From assembly GCF_006345805.1 (NCBI RefSeq), contig NC_043003.1:7378001-7442000 (forward strand): a stretch of 64,000 nucleotides of DNA, given 5' to 3'. A program made the position numbers and the translations under genes. Below the pieces are notes generated by a model. That model saw only the letters and a list, made by a program, of their open reading frames with translations, was not told where the DNA came from and did not search any database. Below are positions 25,595 to 38,640 of the stretch, piece after piece (the first letter of the stretch is position 1; every line of letters starts with the position of its first letter). This stretch comes from Octopus sinensis. Lineage: Eukaryota.

Positions 25595-25790
25595 TAAATT
25601 TACAGAAAAACAAAAGATGAAGACAGGTGTATAAACAACAAACAGATGTATTAGTTTAATGCTCAGGAAGGTGAGAAAGTCTTTTACGTTTCGAGCCTTT
25701 GCTCTTCAACAGAAAGAAACGTGAGGAAATAAACAGGGAGAGAATAAAAAACTTTGGAGCTAGTGGTCAATCATGGCAGCTTATATATAT
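25595..25790 (-). mobile_element. Dispersed repeat carrying a hammerhead-like motif (probable Penelope-like end); second copy ~63150-63320
   Basis: The two copies align by eye over ~170 bp. Both contain a stem I/core/stem II/GAAACG/stem I arrangement. Confidence 0.6.
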
Positions 25791-27616
25791 ATATAATGGG
25801 CTTCCACACAGTTTCTGTCTACCAAATTCACTCACAATGCATTGGTCAGCTCAGGGCTATAGCAGAAAATATCCGAAGTGTTGCACAGTGGGACTGAACC
25901 CAAAACCACATGGTTGTAAAGCGAACTTCTTAACTATACAGCCAACTAACCTAAAACCATCTCCACACTTCCTAATATTAAGCCCACCCCCTGGCAGGGC
26001 TTTTTTCTGTTTCCTATATCCATTCTTTTTCTGTCTTGCAAATTACTTGGCAACCTTTGTATGTGTGTGTCTTTGTCTCCCTCCTCAACCAGTGTTGGTT
26101 TGTTACCATCCCCATAACTTAGCAGTTCGGCGTAACAGATGGATAGAAAGTATACACTGTAAAGTGATTGCCATTAGAAAGGGCATCTAGTTGTAGAAAC
26201 CCTACCAAAGATGAGACATCGGAGCTCAAAACAGCCCTGCAGTTCGCTGGATTCTGTTGAACCAACCACTGCATGCTGCCAACATGGAACCTGGACATTA
26301 ATCCTTTCGTTACTGTATTTATTTTGAGATTCCCTGTGTTTCTTTCAATCAATTTTAAATCATCATCATCATCATCGTTTAACGTCCGTTTTCCATGCTA
26401 GCATGAGTTGGACGGTTCAACTGGGGTCTGTGAAGCTGGAAGGCTTCATCAGGCCTAGTCAGATCTGGCAGTGTTTCTACGGCTGGATGCCCTTCCATAA
26501 CAAAGAATTTAGTAAAATAACTTAGTTATCATTAAGCTAGTGTTAGGAACATAAATTGTGACTAAGGTTTAGTGGAAGATTTTAATTCAAAACTTAAGAA
26601 AACAAGACATTTGTACTACAGAGCGAGAGGCGGTTTCAGCGGGGTTGGTATCAAAAGGGTTAAATAATAATAATATTCATAATAATAATGATGATGATGA
26701 TGATGATGATATGTGATGACTGATTTACAGATAAAATCCGTCCAATGGACTTCCTCTGTATAATTTGCTTCTGTTCACCCAGTTACGCTTGCATGGCTTA
26801 GGTCAGCTCAACCCAAACTTCGAAAGTGAAAATGAGTGGTGAAAATAATACTGTATCTGATAACGAGAGGTCAAATGATTTGCACTATTTACTTCTGTCT
26901 TTTCACCTTCTGTGTCTTCAAGTCCTATCAATGTCAACTTCACTTGTTATTTTTACCAAGGTAAATAAATTTAGTATTAATCAAATAATGGATCAGTTTT
27001 ATCAGTTGTTCCCTTTCCCAAAATGTGTGGCTTTGTGCCTCTGTGGAAAGACTATTCATGATGATCATCATCATCGTTTAATGTCTGTTTTTCCATGCTA
27101 GCATGGGTTGGACGGTTCGATCGGGGTCTGGGAAGCCAGGAGGCTGCACCAGGCTCAAATCTGATCTGGCAGAGTTTCTACAGCTGGATGCCCTTCCTAG
27201 TGCCAACCACTCCGTGAGTGTAGTGAGTGCTTTTTACGTGCCACTGGCACAGGTGCCAGAGTAGGCTGGCAATGGCCACGATCGGTTGGTGCTTTTTACG
27301 TGCCACCAGCATGGAAGCCAGTCAAGGTGGTGCTGGCATCGACCCGGAAAGACTAGACTATTATTATTATTGGTGGTGGTGGTCGTGGTGAGCTAGCAGA
27401 ATCGTTAGCACGCTGGGCAAAATGCTTAGCAGCTATTTGTCCGTCCTTACGTTCTGAGTTCTAATTCTGCTGAGGTCAACTTTGCCTTTCATCCTGTTCG
27501 GGGTCAATAAAATAAGTACCAGTTATGCACTGGGTTCGATGTTGGGGTGGTGGGGTTGGTCCTGTTAACTACAACCTTCTTCACAAATGTTTGGCCTTGT
27601 GCTAATGTTATAAAAT

Positions 27617-27917
27617 GGAGGCGCAATGGCCCAGTGGTTAGGGCAGCGGACTCGCGGTTTCAATTCCCAGACCGGGTGTTATGTGTGTTTATTGAGCAAA
27701 AACACTTAAAAGCTCCACAAGGCTCTGGCAGGGGGTGGTGGCAACCCCTGTTGTACTCTTTCACTCCAACTTTCTCTCACACTTTCTTCAAGTTTCTTGA
27801 GTAACGCAGCGATGGACTGGCGTCCCGTCCGGCTGGGGGGAACACATATACCATAGAAACTGGGAAAAACAGGCCCATGAGCCTGGCTAGGCTTGAAAAG
27901 GGTGCATAAATAAATAA
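27617..27917 (+). mobile_element. tRNA-derived SINE 'family C' (tail type 1)
   Basis: Head GGAGGCGCAATGGCCCAGTGGTTAGGGCAGCGGACTC with A/B boxes; TAAA-repeat tail. Confidence 0.8.
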
Positions 27918-28806
27918 AAGTGTTATAAATAGTTTTCTCTTATTTGTCTCGTAGCTCAAGCAGTAAAATTCTCTCCAAAAGTGTATTTTTGCCCCAACAT
28001 AACTTGGAGATTTAAGTTCTAAATTATGACACCCCAAACTAATTCCATTAACTGTTTTGATACCAGCCCCTCTGAGACTGAAATTGACCCTGGTTCTTAT
28101 TTTACAAACATCCTGCTTTAAAGGGAGTTCAATTTAAACATCCTATTAAAATTTCATGTTATGTTCTAAACACCATTTTAATAAAATGTGAGATAATAAA
28201 ATTGTGAAATGTGAATATATAAGTATAATATTTGACAAAATAATCTGAATGCTACAGGGTTGAACACCAAAAGAATTTAGGAAAAGACCGTGATACCTCA
28301 CAGGATGAGTTTAATTCATTCCATGACCAAAGTCATTCTTAAGATTTACTTTTTTTATAAATCAATTTTCCCCACTGAAATTAATTAAAATATAATTAAT
28401 CCATTCCAGCCCCCCTCCCCTGCCAACCACTCAAAAATAATATTTTATGGGGTTTAAAACAGAAAAGGTGTAGTTACAAGTAAAATGTGTGGTGTTAGTG
28501 GTGTTATAGGCTGTGATGAGCTATGTGGTGTTGGAGGAGGGGATTGCAGATGAGGTGAACGGAAGTAAGGACTGCAGGGGCCTGTGACACAGGTACAGGG
28601 CATGCGTGGGCAGGAAGCACGTGTGGTCAGTTCGAGCAGAGACGGTAGCGAGAAAAGACGTGTTTATTTCTTGAGAGTGACCTCTGATTCCACCGAGGTC
28701 AACAGGTCAGGCCTTTTGTATTTCTTTCTCCCGTTTGCTTCTTTTTTTCTGTTGTCCTTTTCCTCCATCACACTACAAAATGACAATTATGATTAAAAAA
28801 AAAGAG

Positions 28807-29172
28807 AATAATAATAATAATAATAATAATGAAATTATTGTATACAGTGCTCAGGTGCACCACAACTTGCCAGAAAGTGCATATAACGCATATGCAGTAA
28901 TGTACAAATGTCTGGGAAGTGAACATGCTTGTGTGTGTATGGAGGGAGAAAATCAAGTGTAGTGTTGGCGAATCTCAGGAAGCATGGAAGTTTTGAAGGA
29001 TGCAGTGCTCCGACAACTAACAACTGATGCTGGCAATCTGTTCCATGCTTCAGCAACCCTTAGCGTGAAAAAAGGTTTCCGAAAATCATGGGAGGAACTG
29101 TGCTGTTTTCTGACTTTGTAAATATGTCCACGGGTATTAGACAGGTGGAGTTCGAAAAGGTACTCAGAGTTA
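28807..29172 (-). mobile_element. CR1 family-2 3' end
   Basis: Near-identical to 43830-44174, with a (TAA)n tail. Confidence 0.88.
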
Positions 29173-29454
29173 TGCAAAAGAAATATGTAAACTGGTTTTA
29201 TTAACTGAAGGGATAATCTGTGTACTCATACTGCGGATTTCTGCTTATACTTCAAGACAAAAATTCCCATGAGTCTCAGCTCGTACAGAAAATTACTCAT
29301 ACAATGGTGCACTCATACTGTGAGGTTCTGTATTTGTTTCTGTGGAGCTGGGTGTAGATAAAACTACAAAATGGCATGTAAATATTGGGTTTAAAAGTCC
29401 ATTTGGGGAGTAAATTTGACAGCGAAACACACATTTTTCTGTATGTATGTATCT

Positions 29455-29870
29455 TTTATTTATTTGTTTCAGTCATTTGGCTATGGCCATGCTGGAGCAC
29501 TGCCTTTAGTTGAGCAAATTGACCCCAGGACTTATTCTTTGTAAGCCTAGTACTTATTCTATCGGTCTCTTTGGCTGAACCGCTAAGTTACAGGGACATA
29601 AACACACCAGCATCGGTTGTCAAGCGATGTTGGGGGACAAACACAGACACACATACATATATACATACACACACTTATATATATATATATAAATATCTAT
29701 ATATATACACGACGGGCTTCTTTCAGTTTCCGTCTTCCAAATCCACTCACAAGGCTTTGGTTGGCCCAAGGCTATGGTAGAAGACACTTGCCCATTGTTC
29801 CATGCAGTGGAACTGAACCCAGAACCATGTGGTTGGTAAGCAAGCTGCTTACCACACAGCCACTTCTGCA
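29455..29870 (-). mobile_element. SINE family A
   Basis: Homology by eye to 41547-41966. Confidence 0.8.
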
Positions 29871-30257
29871 CCTGATCAGGTTTCTATCTTAGTAGTGTGT
29901 ATTTGAGTAGATGCACATTTTTTGTATTCCTAGACAATGTTGAATCGTATCTGACAGAGGCGAAAATGCTGCTCAGTGGCCCAATATTTACCATATTGCA
30001 GAAACATTCTATGGGTAAATAGTAATTCAGTACAAGAATGCTGTAAATGAGGAATTAGGTTGCAGTACAGGACACAAATTCTCTGAAAGCATGAATTAAA
30101 AAGGATGGGTACAGGATATCATATTTTTTGTTCGTCCAAGAAATATTAGATGCAAATTAAGTTTCCAGTGAAAGCCATTTAATTTCATTTTGTCAGTTCT
30201 TTGGGTCTGCATTGAGTGATGAGGAGTCATCACTGTTGTCATCATTTAATGTCCACA

Positions 30258-30690
30258 TCTGTGCCGGTGGCACGTAAAAAGCACCAACCGATTGTGGCCG
30301 CTGTCAGCCTCCCCTGGCACGTAAAAAGCACCATCTGAATGTGGCCGATGCCAGTGCCTCCTTGACTGGCTTCTGTGCTGGTGGCACATAAAAAGCACCA
30401 ACCGATTGTGGCCACTGTCAGTCTCCCCTGGCACCTGTGCCGGTGGCACGTAAAAAGCACCAACCGATTGTGGCCACTGTCAGTCTCCCCTGGCACCTGT
30501 TCCGGTGGCACGTAAAAAGCACCCACAACACTCACGGAGTGGTTGGCATTAGGAAAGGCATCCAGCTGTAGAAACCTTGCCAGATCAGACTGGAGCGTAG
30601 TGCAGCTTTCTGGCTTCCCAGACCCCCAGTTGAACCGTCCAACCCATGACAGCATGGAAAACGGATGTTAAACGATGATGATGATGATGA
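30258..30690 (+). mobile_element. RTE 3' UTR copy with internal ~63-bp tandem units
   Basis: Repeated AAAAAGCACCAACCGATTGTGGCC...CCCCTGGCACCTGTGCCGGTGGCACGT, then the standard tail. Confidence 0.8.
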
Positions 30691-31040
30691 TTTCCTTGAC
30701 CGTTGTCCTGATGACCTTTCTGGTTTACCACTCTCTGTCAAGAATTTTAAGCATGTCACTCGCTTCCCTGCCCAGCTGCATCATTTCTCTGTTCAGCTTC
30801 CTGTTAGTCACAAGTCCTTCTCTTCTAATTGCTTCTTTCCTTGAATCGGTGCTTTCTGGAACCCACTACCATAGTCTGGAGTCTAGTGCAGCCTCTTGGC
30901 TTCCCAGACCTCAGTCAAACCGTCCAACCCAGGCTAGCATGGAAAACGGACGTTAGATGATGATGATGATGATGATTTTCATTCTTGCATAAATCGGATG
31001 AAATTTTTTGGGGAAAATTTTGATTGGCCTGATGCCCTTC

Positions 31041-31742
31041 CAGTGCGTAACTGGTACTTAATTTATCGACCCCAAAAGAATGAAAGGCAAAGTCGACCTC
31101 GGCAGAATTTGAACTCAGAACATAACGGCAGACGAAATACCTATTTCTATTTCTTTACTACCCACAAGGTGCTAAACACAGAGAGGACAAACAAGGACAG
31201 ACAAACGGATTGTCGATTATATCGACCCCAGTGTGTAACTGGTACTTAATTTATCGACCCCGAAAGAATGAAAGGCAAAGTCGACCTCGGCAGAATTTGA
31301 ACTCAGAATGTAACGGCAGACGAAATACCTATTTCTATTTCTTTACTACCCACAAGGTGCTAAACACAGAGAGGACAAACAAGGACAGACAAACGGATTG
31401 TCGATTATATCGACCCCAGTACGTAACTGGTACTTAATTTATCGACCCCGAAAGAATGAAAGACACAGCCGATCTTGCGGAATTTGAACTCAGAACGTAG
31501 CAGCAGACGAAATACCTATTTCTTTACTACCCACAAGGTGCTAAATACAGAGAGGACAAACAAGGACAGACAAATGGATTAAGTCAATTATATCGACCCC
31601 AGTGCGTAACTGGTAGTTAATTTATTGACCCCGAAAGGATATGTCGACCTCGGCGGAATTTGAACTCAGAACGTAATGGCAAACAAAATACCGCTAAGCA
31701 TTTTGTTTGGCATGCTAACGATTCTGCCAGCTCGCCGCCTTT
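31041..31742 (-). mobile_element. Tandem array of SINE family B (one head, ~183-188-bp headless units)
   Basis: The motif CAGT(G/A) recurs at 31041, 31229, 31417 and 31600. A single head GGCGGCGAGCTGG lies at ~31740. Confidence 0.88.
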
Positions 31743-32414
31743 AAATATTTTATTTCTTGTTGATCCAGTCCATTCAGCTATAAATGGGTGATCCAGTGAC
31801 AGACTAGGCTCCCCCAATCAGGGGGGAATGTTGGCCTTCTCGCCTAGCCAGTAGGGTGGCATCACTTGAAAGCTAAAACGATGCAAAGTGTATTGTGACA
31901 AGCAATGTGTAACAAACCTCTGATAGTTTGGTTGATACCACAATAGTGCCTTAGTGATTAGGGTGTTGCACTCACAATTGTGAGGTCGTGGTTTTGACTC
32001 CCAGACCAGGCATTGTGTTCTTGAGCAAAACACTTCATTTCACATTGCTTTGCTATCGTTTTGTCATCTGACATGCGGCACATCATGCACCTGTACAGGT
32101 AACGCCGATTTGATGGCGAGAGGGAGCTTATGGGAACACAAACATTTGATCTCTATAAACAAATCATGTGTGTAATGGTTCAACAAGAAATTGTAGAACC
32201 CTTATACATCATCTGACCTTCCTCTCCCCTCATGCACTTTCCAATCACGCTTCTTTCACAATATCCTGCCACTTATATTATGTAGGTTTGATAAAACAAA
32301 GTACCGGTGATATACTGGGGGTAGATTTAACCCTTTAGCATTCAGATTACTCTGTCAAATGTAATGTTTATTTATTCACATGGCTTTGAATTAATCCTGG
32401 CTTATCTCATCACT

Positions 32415-32809
32415 GTGTGGAGGCGCAATGGCCCAGTGGTTAGGGCAGCGGACTTGCGGTCGTAGGATCGCGGTTTCAATTCCCAGACCGGGCGTTGTGA
32501 ATGTTTATTGAGCGAAAACACCTAAAAGCTCCACGAGGCTCCGGCAGGGGATGGTGGTGATCCCTGCTGTACCCTTTCACCACAACTTTCTCTCACTCTT
32601 ACTTCCTGTTTCTGTTGTACTTGTATTTCAAGGGGCCGGCCTTGTCACTCTCTGTGTCACGCTGAATATCCCCGAGAACTACGTTAAGGGTACACGTGTC
32701 TGTGGAGTGCTCAGCCACTCACACGTTAATTTCACGAGCAGGCTGTTCCGTTGATCGGATCAACCGGAACCCTCGTCGTCGTAACCAACGGAGAAATAGA
32801 GAGAGAGAG
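32415..32809 (+). mobile_element. SINE family C (tail type 2), nested in a piggyBac-like MITE
   Basis: Same head as 27617. TSD ATCTCATCACT at 32404-32414 and 32810-32820. Confidence 0.85.
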
Positions 32810-35802
32810 ATCTCATCACTTTAAGACTTTGATGATGTGATCGTTTATTTTGAGAATGACATTGTTGGGTAGGTTTGAGAGGCCAGATCTGGTCAATTTG
32901 AACTTAAAAAACGGGGCTGGATATAACTGTTTAAATGCTAAATGATTAAATATTACATGTTTTAAAGTACTAAAAACAATTTTCTTGAATATGCGATTCT
33001 GGGTATATTCTAAAATACCCAAACATGTTTTATACTATCAAATACCTAAGTCAACTGCAGGTTTTACCTATGTCTAGAGATGGAAACAAGCCTTAGAAGA
33101 TAATTCTTTTTATTAATAATTAATTCTTTTTATACAAGCCTTAGAAGATAATAAAAACTGATCAATTACATATCCTCTTATAGAATATGGTACTAATTAA
33201 TGACCTGGAAATTAACGAGCATGTAACCTAATTATGGTTAAATATAGTTCTTGTCCACATTCTGGGATTTCTACAAATGAGATTTTAAATTAATTTTCCT
33301 GTTTGGAACTTAATAATAAGTGGTGAAAGTACTGTCTTAATTGTTAATAATTGCCAAGCTCGTCAGAGCATCGGACAAAACGGACCGCAGTGTTTTATCA
33401 TGACTCTTCAAGTGTTGAGTTCAAGTACTGTCAGAGTCAACTTTGTTATCCTTCCCGAATGGGCAGAGAGAAAGTTGACCAAAGGGGCAGAGGCGTGGTT
33501 GTGTGGTGAGAAGTTTGTTTCCCAACTACATGGTCCTGGGTTCAATACCAGTGTGTGACACCTAAGGCAAGTATCTTCTACTATAGCCTTGGGTCGAACA
33601 AAGCCTTGTCAGTGAATTCGGCAGATGGAAACTGAAAGAAGCCCAATGTAAATGAGAGTGTGTGGGGGGTTTCTGTGTTTGTCCCCCATCACTGCTGGAC
33701 AACCAGTGTTGGTGTGTTTACATCCCCATGACTTAGTGTTTCAGGGAAAGAGACTGACGGAATAAGTACCTGGCCTAAAAAAAAAGTCTGGAGGGGGGGG
33801 GATCAATCTGTTTGATTAAAATTCTTCAAGCTGGTGCCCCAGCATGGTTGTTGCCAAACGACTGAAAACAAGTAAAAATTATAAGAGATACATACATATA
33901 TATATCATCATCATTGTTTAACATCCACCTTCCATGCTGGCATGGGTGGAATGGTTTGACAGGAGCTGGCCAGGCTGGAGCCTGCACCAGACTTCTGTGA
34001 CTATTTTGGCAAGGTTTTTACAGCTGGATGCCCTTCCAAATGCCAACCACCCAGCAGAGTGGACTGACTGCTTTTTATGTGGCGCAAGCACAGGTGAGGT
34101 CAGTTTTGGCAAGGTTTTTACAGCTGGAGGCCCTTCCAAATGCCAAACCGCTTTATAGTGTGGACTGGGTGCTTTTTAAGTGGTACCTGTACTGACAGGG
34201 TCACTAAGTACTTGCAAGACAAGGAATTTTGAGAGAGGGGAGGGGGCATTGGAGGAGGTGATCTTGTGTCAAATGATGAAAGGCTGTAGTGAGACAGAAA
34301 CAGGTGTCTTGCTGTAGAGGAGGTACAAAGTTACCTGGCTGGAGAGAGAGAGAGAGAGGTCAAGAATGAGGACAGAAACAGGTGTGCTTCTGCAAAGGAG
34401 ATACATGGTTATCCAACCTGAGGGAAGGAGAGAGAGAGAGTGGGATATGGCAGGATAGAGGTGGTGGCAAAGTGCCAGGCATACTCACAAGGGATGAGGA
34501 TTGGAATATAAATGGGATGGTTGAGGAGATAGAGATGGTGGCAAATTCATTATGTAAAAAATGGGCATAAGGTCAAGACTAAAAATGTGAAGACTTGGCA
34601 ATAACGCAAGCAAATTTTACTGTGAATATATAGATTTTTATTGTAATATATGACTAATTTTTGTATTAGTCTATTTATTGTATGTGGTGTTAGCGGTGTT
34701 ATGGGCTGTGATGAGCTATGTGGTGTTGGTGGAGAGGATGACAGATGAGGTGGGCGGAAGTAAGGCTTGCAGGGGCAGGTGAAAGAGTGAAAGGGGCATG
34801 TGTGGGCAGGAAGCACATGTGGTCAGCAAGCATGTGTGGTCAGTTCCAGCAAAGAGCGCAGAGCTATAAGACGTGTTGACTTCGTGAGAGTGACCACTGA
34901 TTTCGCCGAGGTAAGGCCTATTTTATTTCCTTCTCCCGTTGCTCATTTTTCTGTTGTCCTTTTCCTCCATCACCCTGCATTGTACTAACTAATTATGTAC
35001 TACTATTATTTTTAAAAACTTATTTTCGAATTTCTAATTATTAATTAATAATTAAAAAAATGAATTTTTTTAAAGTGTAAAAAATATTATCATCATCATC
35101 ATCGTTTAACGTCCGTTTTCCGCGCTAGCACGGGTTGGACGGTTCGACCGGGGTCTGGGAAGCCAGGGGCTGCACCAGGCTCCAGCCTGATCTGGCAGAG
35201 TTTCTACAGCTGGATGCCCTTCCTAACGCCAACCACTCCGCGAGTGTAGTGGGTGCTTTTTATGTGCCACCTGCACAGGTGCCAGGGGGTCCGGCATCGG
35301 CCACGATCGGTTGCAGCTTTTAACGTGCCACCGGCACGGGAGCCAGCCTAGGCGGCACTGGCAATCGAGTTATTTTTATTTTTGATAGAAGTAACAATAA
35401 CAAATAGAAGTAATAATTTGTAATAAAATTTTAGTTTTAGTAAAAGCTAAAATTTTTTTCGTCTTGGGATTTTTAAAAAATCTAAATATTTTATTTGAAA
35501 TTTTATCCTTAGCTGTGATATTCTAAGTAAACAATTTCTTGTTCTGTACTTTACCAGATGTAATAACCTGTCTTGTACTTCCTAAGGTTTGTAATCTTAA
35601 GGATATCATTTCCCTTGCTTGCACTTTTCCATGTAATAGATATGTGTGTGTGTGAGCCACGTAAAATCCATCTGTGCTGTCATGTAAGCACCCAATACGC
35701 TCTGTAAAGTGGTTGGCATTAGGAAAAGTATCCAGCTGTAGAAACCATGTCGAAGGAGCTGGTGCAGCTCTCCAACTTTGCCAGCTCCTGTCAAACAATG
35801 TA

Positions 35803-36315
35803 CCATGAATCCTCGAGTATAGTCCACCCTTGAGTATAATACGCAGGGAATTTTTGGGGGGCTGTACCTCTGAAAAGCCTAAACCTTGTGTACTATACGC
35901 ACCCCTTCTCTAACTTGAGTCAAGAAGGTCTATATAATGTCCTTGGTTTGTAAAACTGTATACGGTAACGTCCTTTATTATTATTGTATATATAACATAA
36001 TGCAAACGTTTAGCGTTTTTGTGCCTTTTGTTTGCAGAAAATAAAGAAATAACTGTAATAACGTTTGATAAATGTTGCTTACTGCAAGTTATGGATGATA
36101 CTTTTATGACTTCATTGCTTTTAAGCTTAGCTTAAGGTATTTTCACGCCCGACATCACAAAATGTGTCTGAATAACGATTGCCGGACAGCAAATAGAGAC
36201 TCAGACATTGCTTAGAAAATAATTTTCATTTTTAACCTCATATATAGTAAGCACTACGGATTTTGACCTTTAAATTTTTGGGGAAAAAATGCGGATTATA
36301 CTTGAGGATTTACAG
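35803..36315. mobile_element. Tc1/pogo-type MITE
   Basis: Imperfect TIRs CCATGAATCCTCGAGTATAGTCCAC / GCGGATTATACTTGAGGATTTACAG, with TA on both sides. Interrupts an RTE tail. Confidence 0.78.
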
Positions 36316-36952
36316 TAATCCATGACAACATAGAAAACAGATGTTAAATGATGAGGAGGAGGAAAAGGAGGAACAGGATGTGTATGTGTGTGTGTAGGTG
36401 GGGTTTTTTTAAAATTGAAATTAAAACTAAGAGAGTCAAGACTATTGAAAAGGTTTCAAGACGCAACGAAAATTTTAGGGAATTAAAAATAGGAAATAAG
36501 TAGAAATTTTACCGGTGAATGCGTTAAATTATAAGGCACCAAAAGAAAATGATTCTCCCCAGACACAACAGAATAAAACTAAGAGTTTGTCTTGCAACTC
36601 AAGCTTCAAGTCCCTGCTATCTAGGTTCTCATCTGAAGGTCAAAGTGACATGGAACTCACAAAATTACAATTTCAACAAAAGAAACTATAGCCTCTACAA
36701 TATGTATTGAGTACTCTTATCTCATTTGCCTGTTATAAACCGAAACACACACACACACACGTTTATATATGAGTGGCACTCAAGAGTATAGGAGCAGTTC
36801 TTATTCTCTTTGAGTGGCTAAAATTCTTTAAAGAGAACAAAAGTCTAAAGATGTTTTTGGTGAAAAGAGGACATTTAGAAAAAATACACATTGTGCAAGT
36901 TTTGACCTACTTTTCTGTTTGTGAGAAACATTCATATAATTTTATAAATATA

Positions 36953-37445
36953 AGGCACAGGAGTGGCTGTGTACTAAGTAGCTTGCTTACCAACCACATG
37001 GTTCTAGGTTCAGTCCCACTGCATGACACCTTGGGCAAGTGTCTTCTACTATAGCCTTGGGCCGACCAAAGCCTTGTGAGTGGATTTGGTTGATGGAAAC
37101 TGAAAGAAGCCTGTCATATATATATGTATATATGTATGTATATATATATATGTGTGTGAGTATATATATATATATGTAAGTATATGTATATATGTATGTA
37201 AGTATATGTATATATATATATGTATATATATGTATGTATGTATATGTTTGTATCTGTGTTTGTCCCCCAACGTCGCTTGACAACCGATGCTGGTGTGTTT
37301 ATATCCACATCATCTAGCGGTTCGGCAAGAGAGACCGATAGAATAAGTACTAGGCTTACAAAGAATAAGTCCTGGGGTCGATTTGCTTGACTAAAGGCAG
37401 TGCTCCAGCATGGCTACAGTCAAATGACTGAAACAAATAAAAGAA
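36953..37445 (+). mobile_element. SINE family A
   Basis: Head AGGCACAGGAGTGGCTG, expanded internal microsatellite, tail ...GACTGAAACAAATAAAAG. Confidence 0.82.
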
Positions 37446-38419
37446 TAGAATAAAAAATCTTTCTGCCTGTCTATATTTCTCTCTCCCTCTCATGTACACA
37501 CACACACACACACACACACACAGATATACAGTACTGTAGCTAAAAGGGGCCATTCTTTTGGCAGGGTGGACACTAAACTCTGCTTGTGAAGACCTGTTGA
37601 GGCAAGTGAAATCAAAATCAAAGTGAAATTCGATGAGGGGCACGAGCACCATATGAATGTGATCGTTGACAGAGCAGCTAACCGGCTTCTGTGGCAGTGG
37701 CACATAAAAAGCACCATTCGAGTGTGATCGTTGCCAGCTTCTCCTTACTGGCACTTGTGCCCTGTGCTAGCCTAACTGGCTTCTGTGCTGGTGGCATGTA
37801 AGAGGCACCATTCGAGCAGGATCGTTACCAGCATCGCCTTACTGGTACTTGTGCCCCATGCTAGTAGGGTGCTAAGAGCATCATACGAACGTGATCGTTG
37901 CCAGAACAGCTAACTGGCTTCCGTGCCGGTGGCATGTAGGAGGCACCATTTGAGCGTGATCGTTACCAGCATCGCCTTACTGGCACCTGTGCCGTTGGCA
38001 TGTGTAAAAGATTCGAGCGAGGTCATTGCCGGTACCGCCTGACTGGCCCCCATGCCAGTGGCACGTAAAAGCACCCACTACACTCTCGGAGTGGTTGGTT
38101 GACGTTAGGAAGGGCATCCAGCTGTAGAAACTCTGCCAGATCAAGACTGGAGCCTGGTGCAACCATCTGGTTCACCAGCCCTCAGTCAAAACCATCCAAC
38201 CCATGCTAACATGGAAAGCGGACGTTAAACGATGATGATGATGATGATGTTGTATTATGTTGTATATTTCATGTGGTGGGCTTCCCCAAACAGTACAAAC
38301 TTGTTATATTGCTGTAGTCTACATGTCTATGTGTATAATACAATTACACACACACACACAATGTGTGGTATTATTCGAGGTGTAAATTACATTCGTTGAA
38401 GCTATTTCATTTCATTTAA

Positions 38420-38640
38420 CCCTTTTGTTGCCAACCCAGCTGAAACCGGCTCTGACTCTGTAGTACAAATGTTTTGTTTTCATAGGTTTTAAATTAAAAT
38501 CATCCACCAAACCTTAGTCACAATTTATGTTCCTGACAATAGCTTAATGGTAACCAGGTTATTTTACTAAATCTTTTGTTGTATTTAAAATAATTAAAAG
38601 AAACACAGAGCATCTTAAAATAAATACAGTAACGAAAGGG
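38420..38640. mobile_element. piggyBac-like MITE family A (~220 bp); also 26302-26659, 45709-45919, 53869-54088
   Basis: TTAA|CCCTTTTGTTG...GTAACGAAAGGG|TTAA. CCC termini with a TTAA TSD are piggyBac hallmarks. Confidence 0.85.

Noticed and set aside
27617-27690. tRNA genes at SINE heads (also 32419, 41547, 52016)
   Set aside because: A/B boxes are present, but no complete cloverleaf is evident and each head continues into a SINE body.
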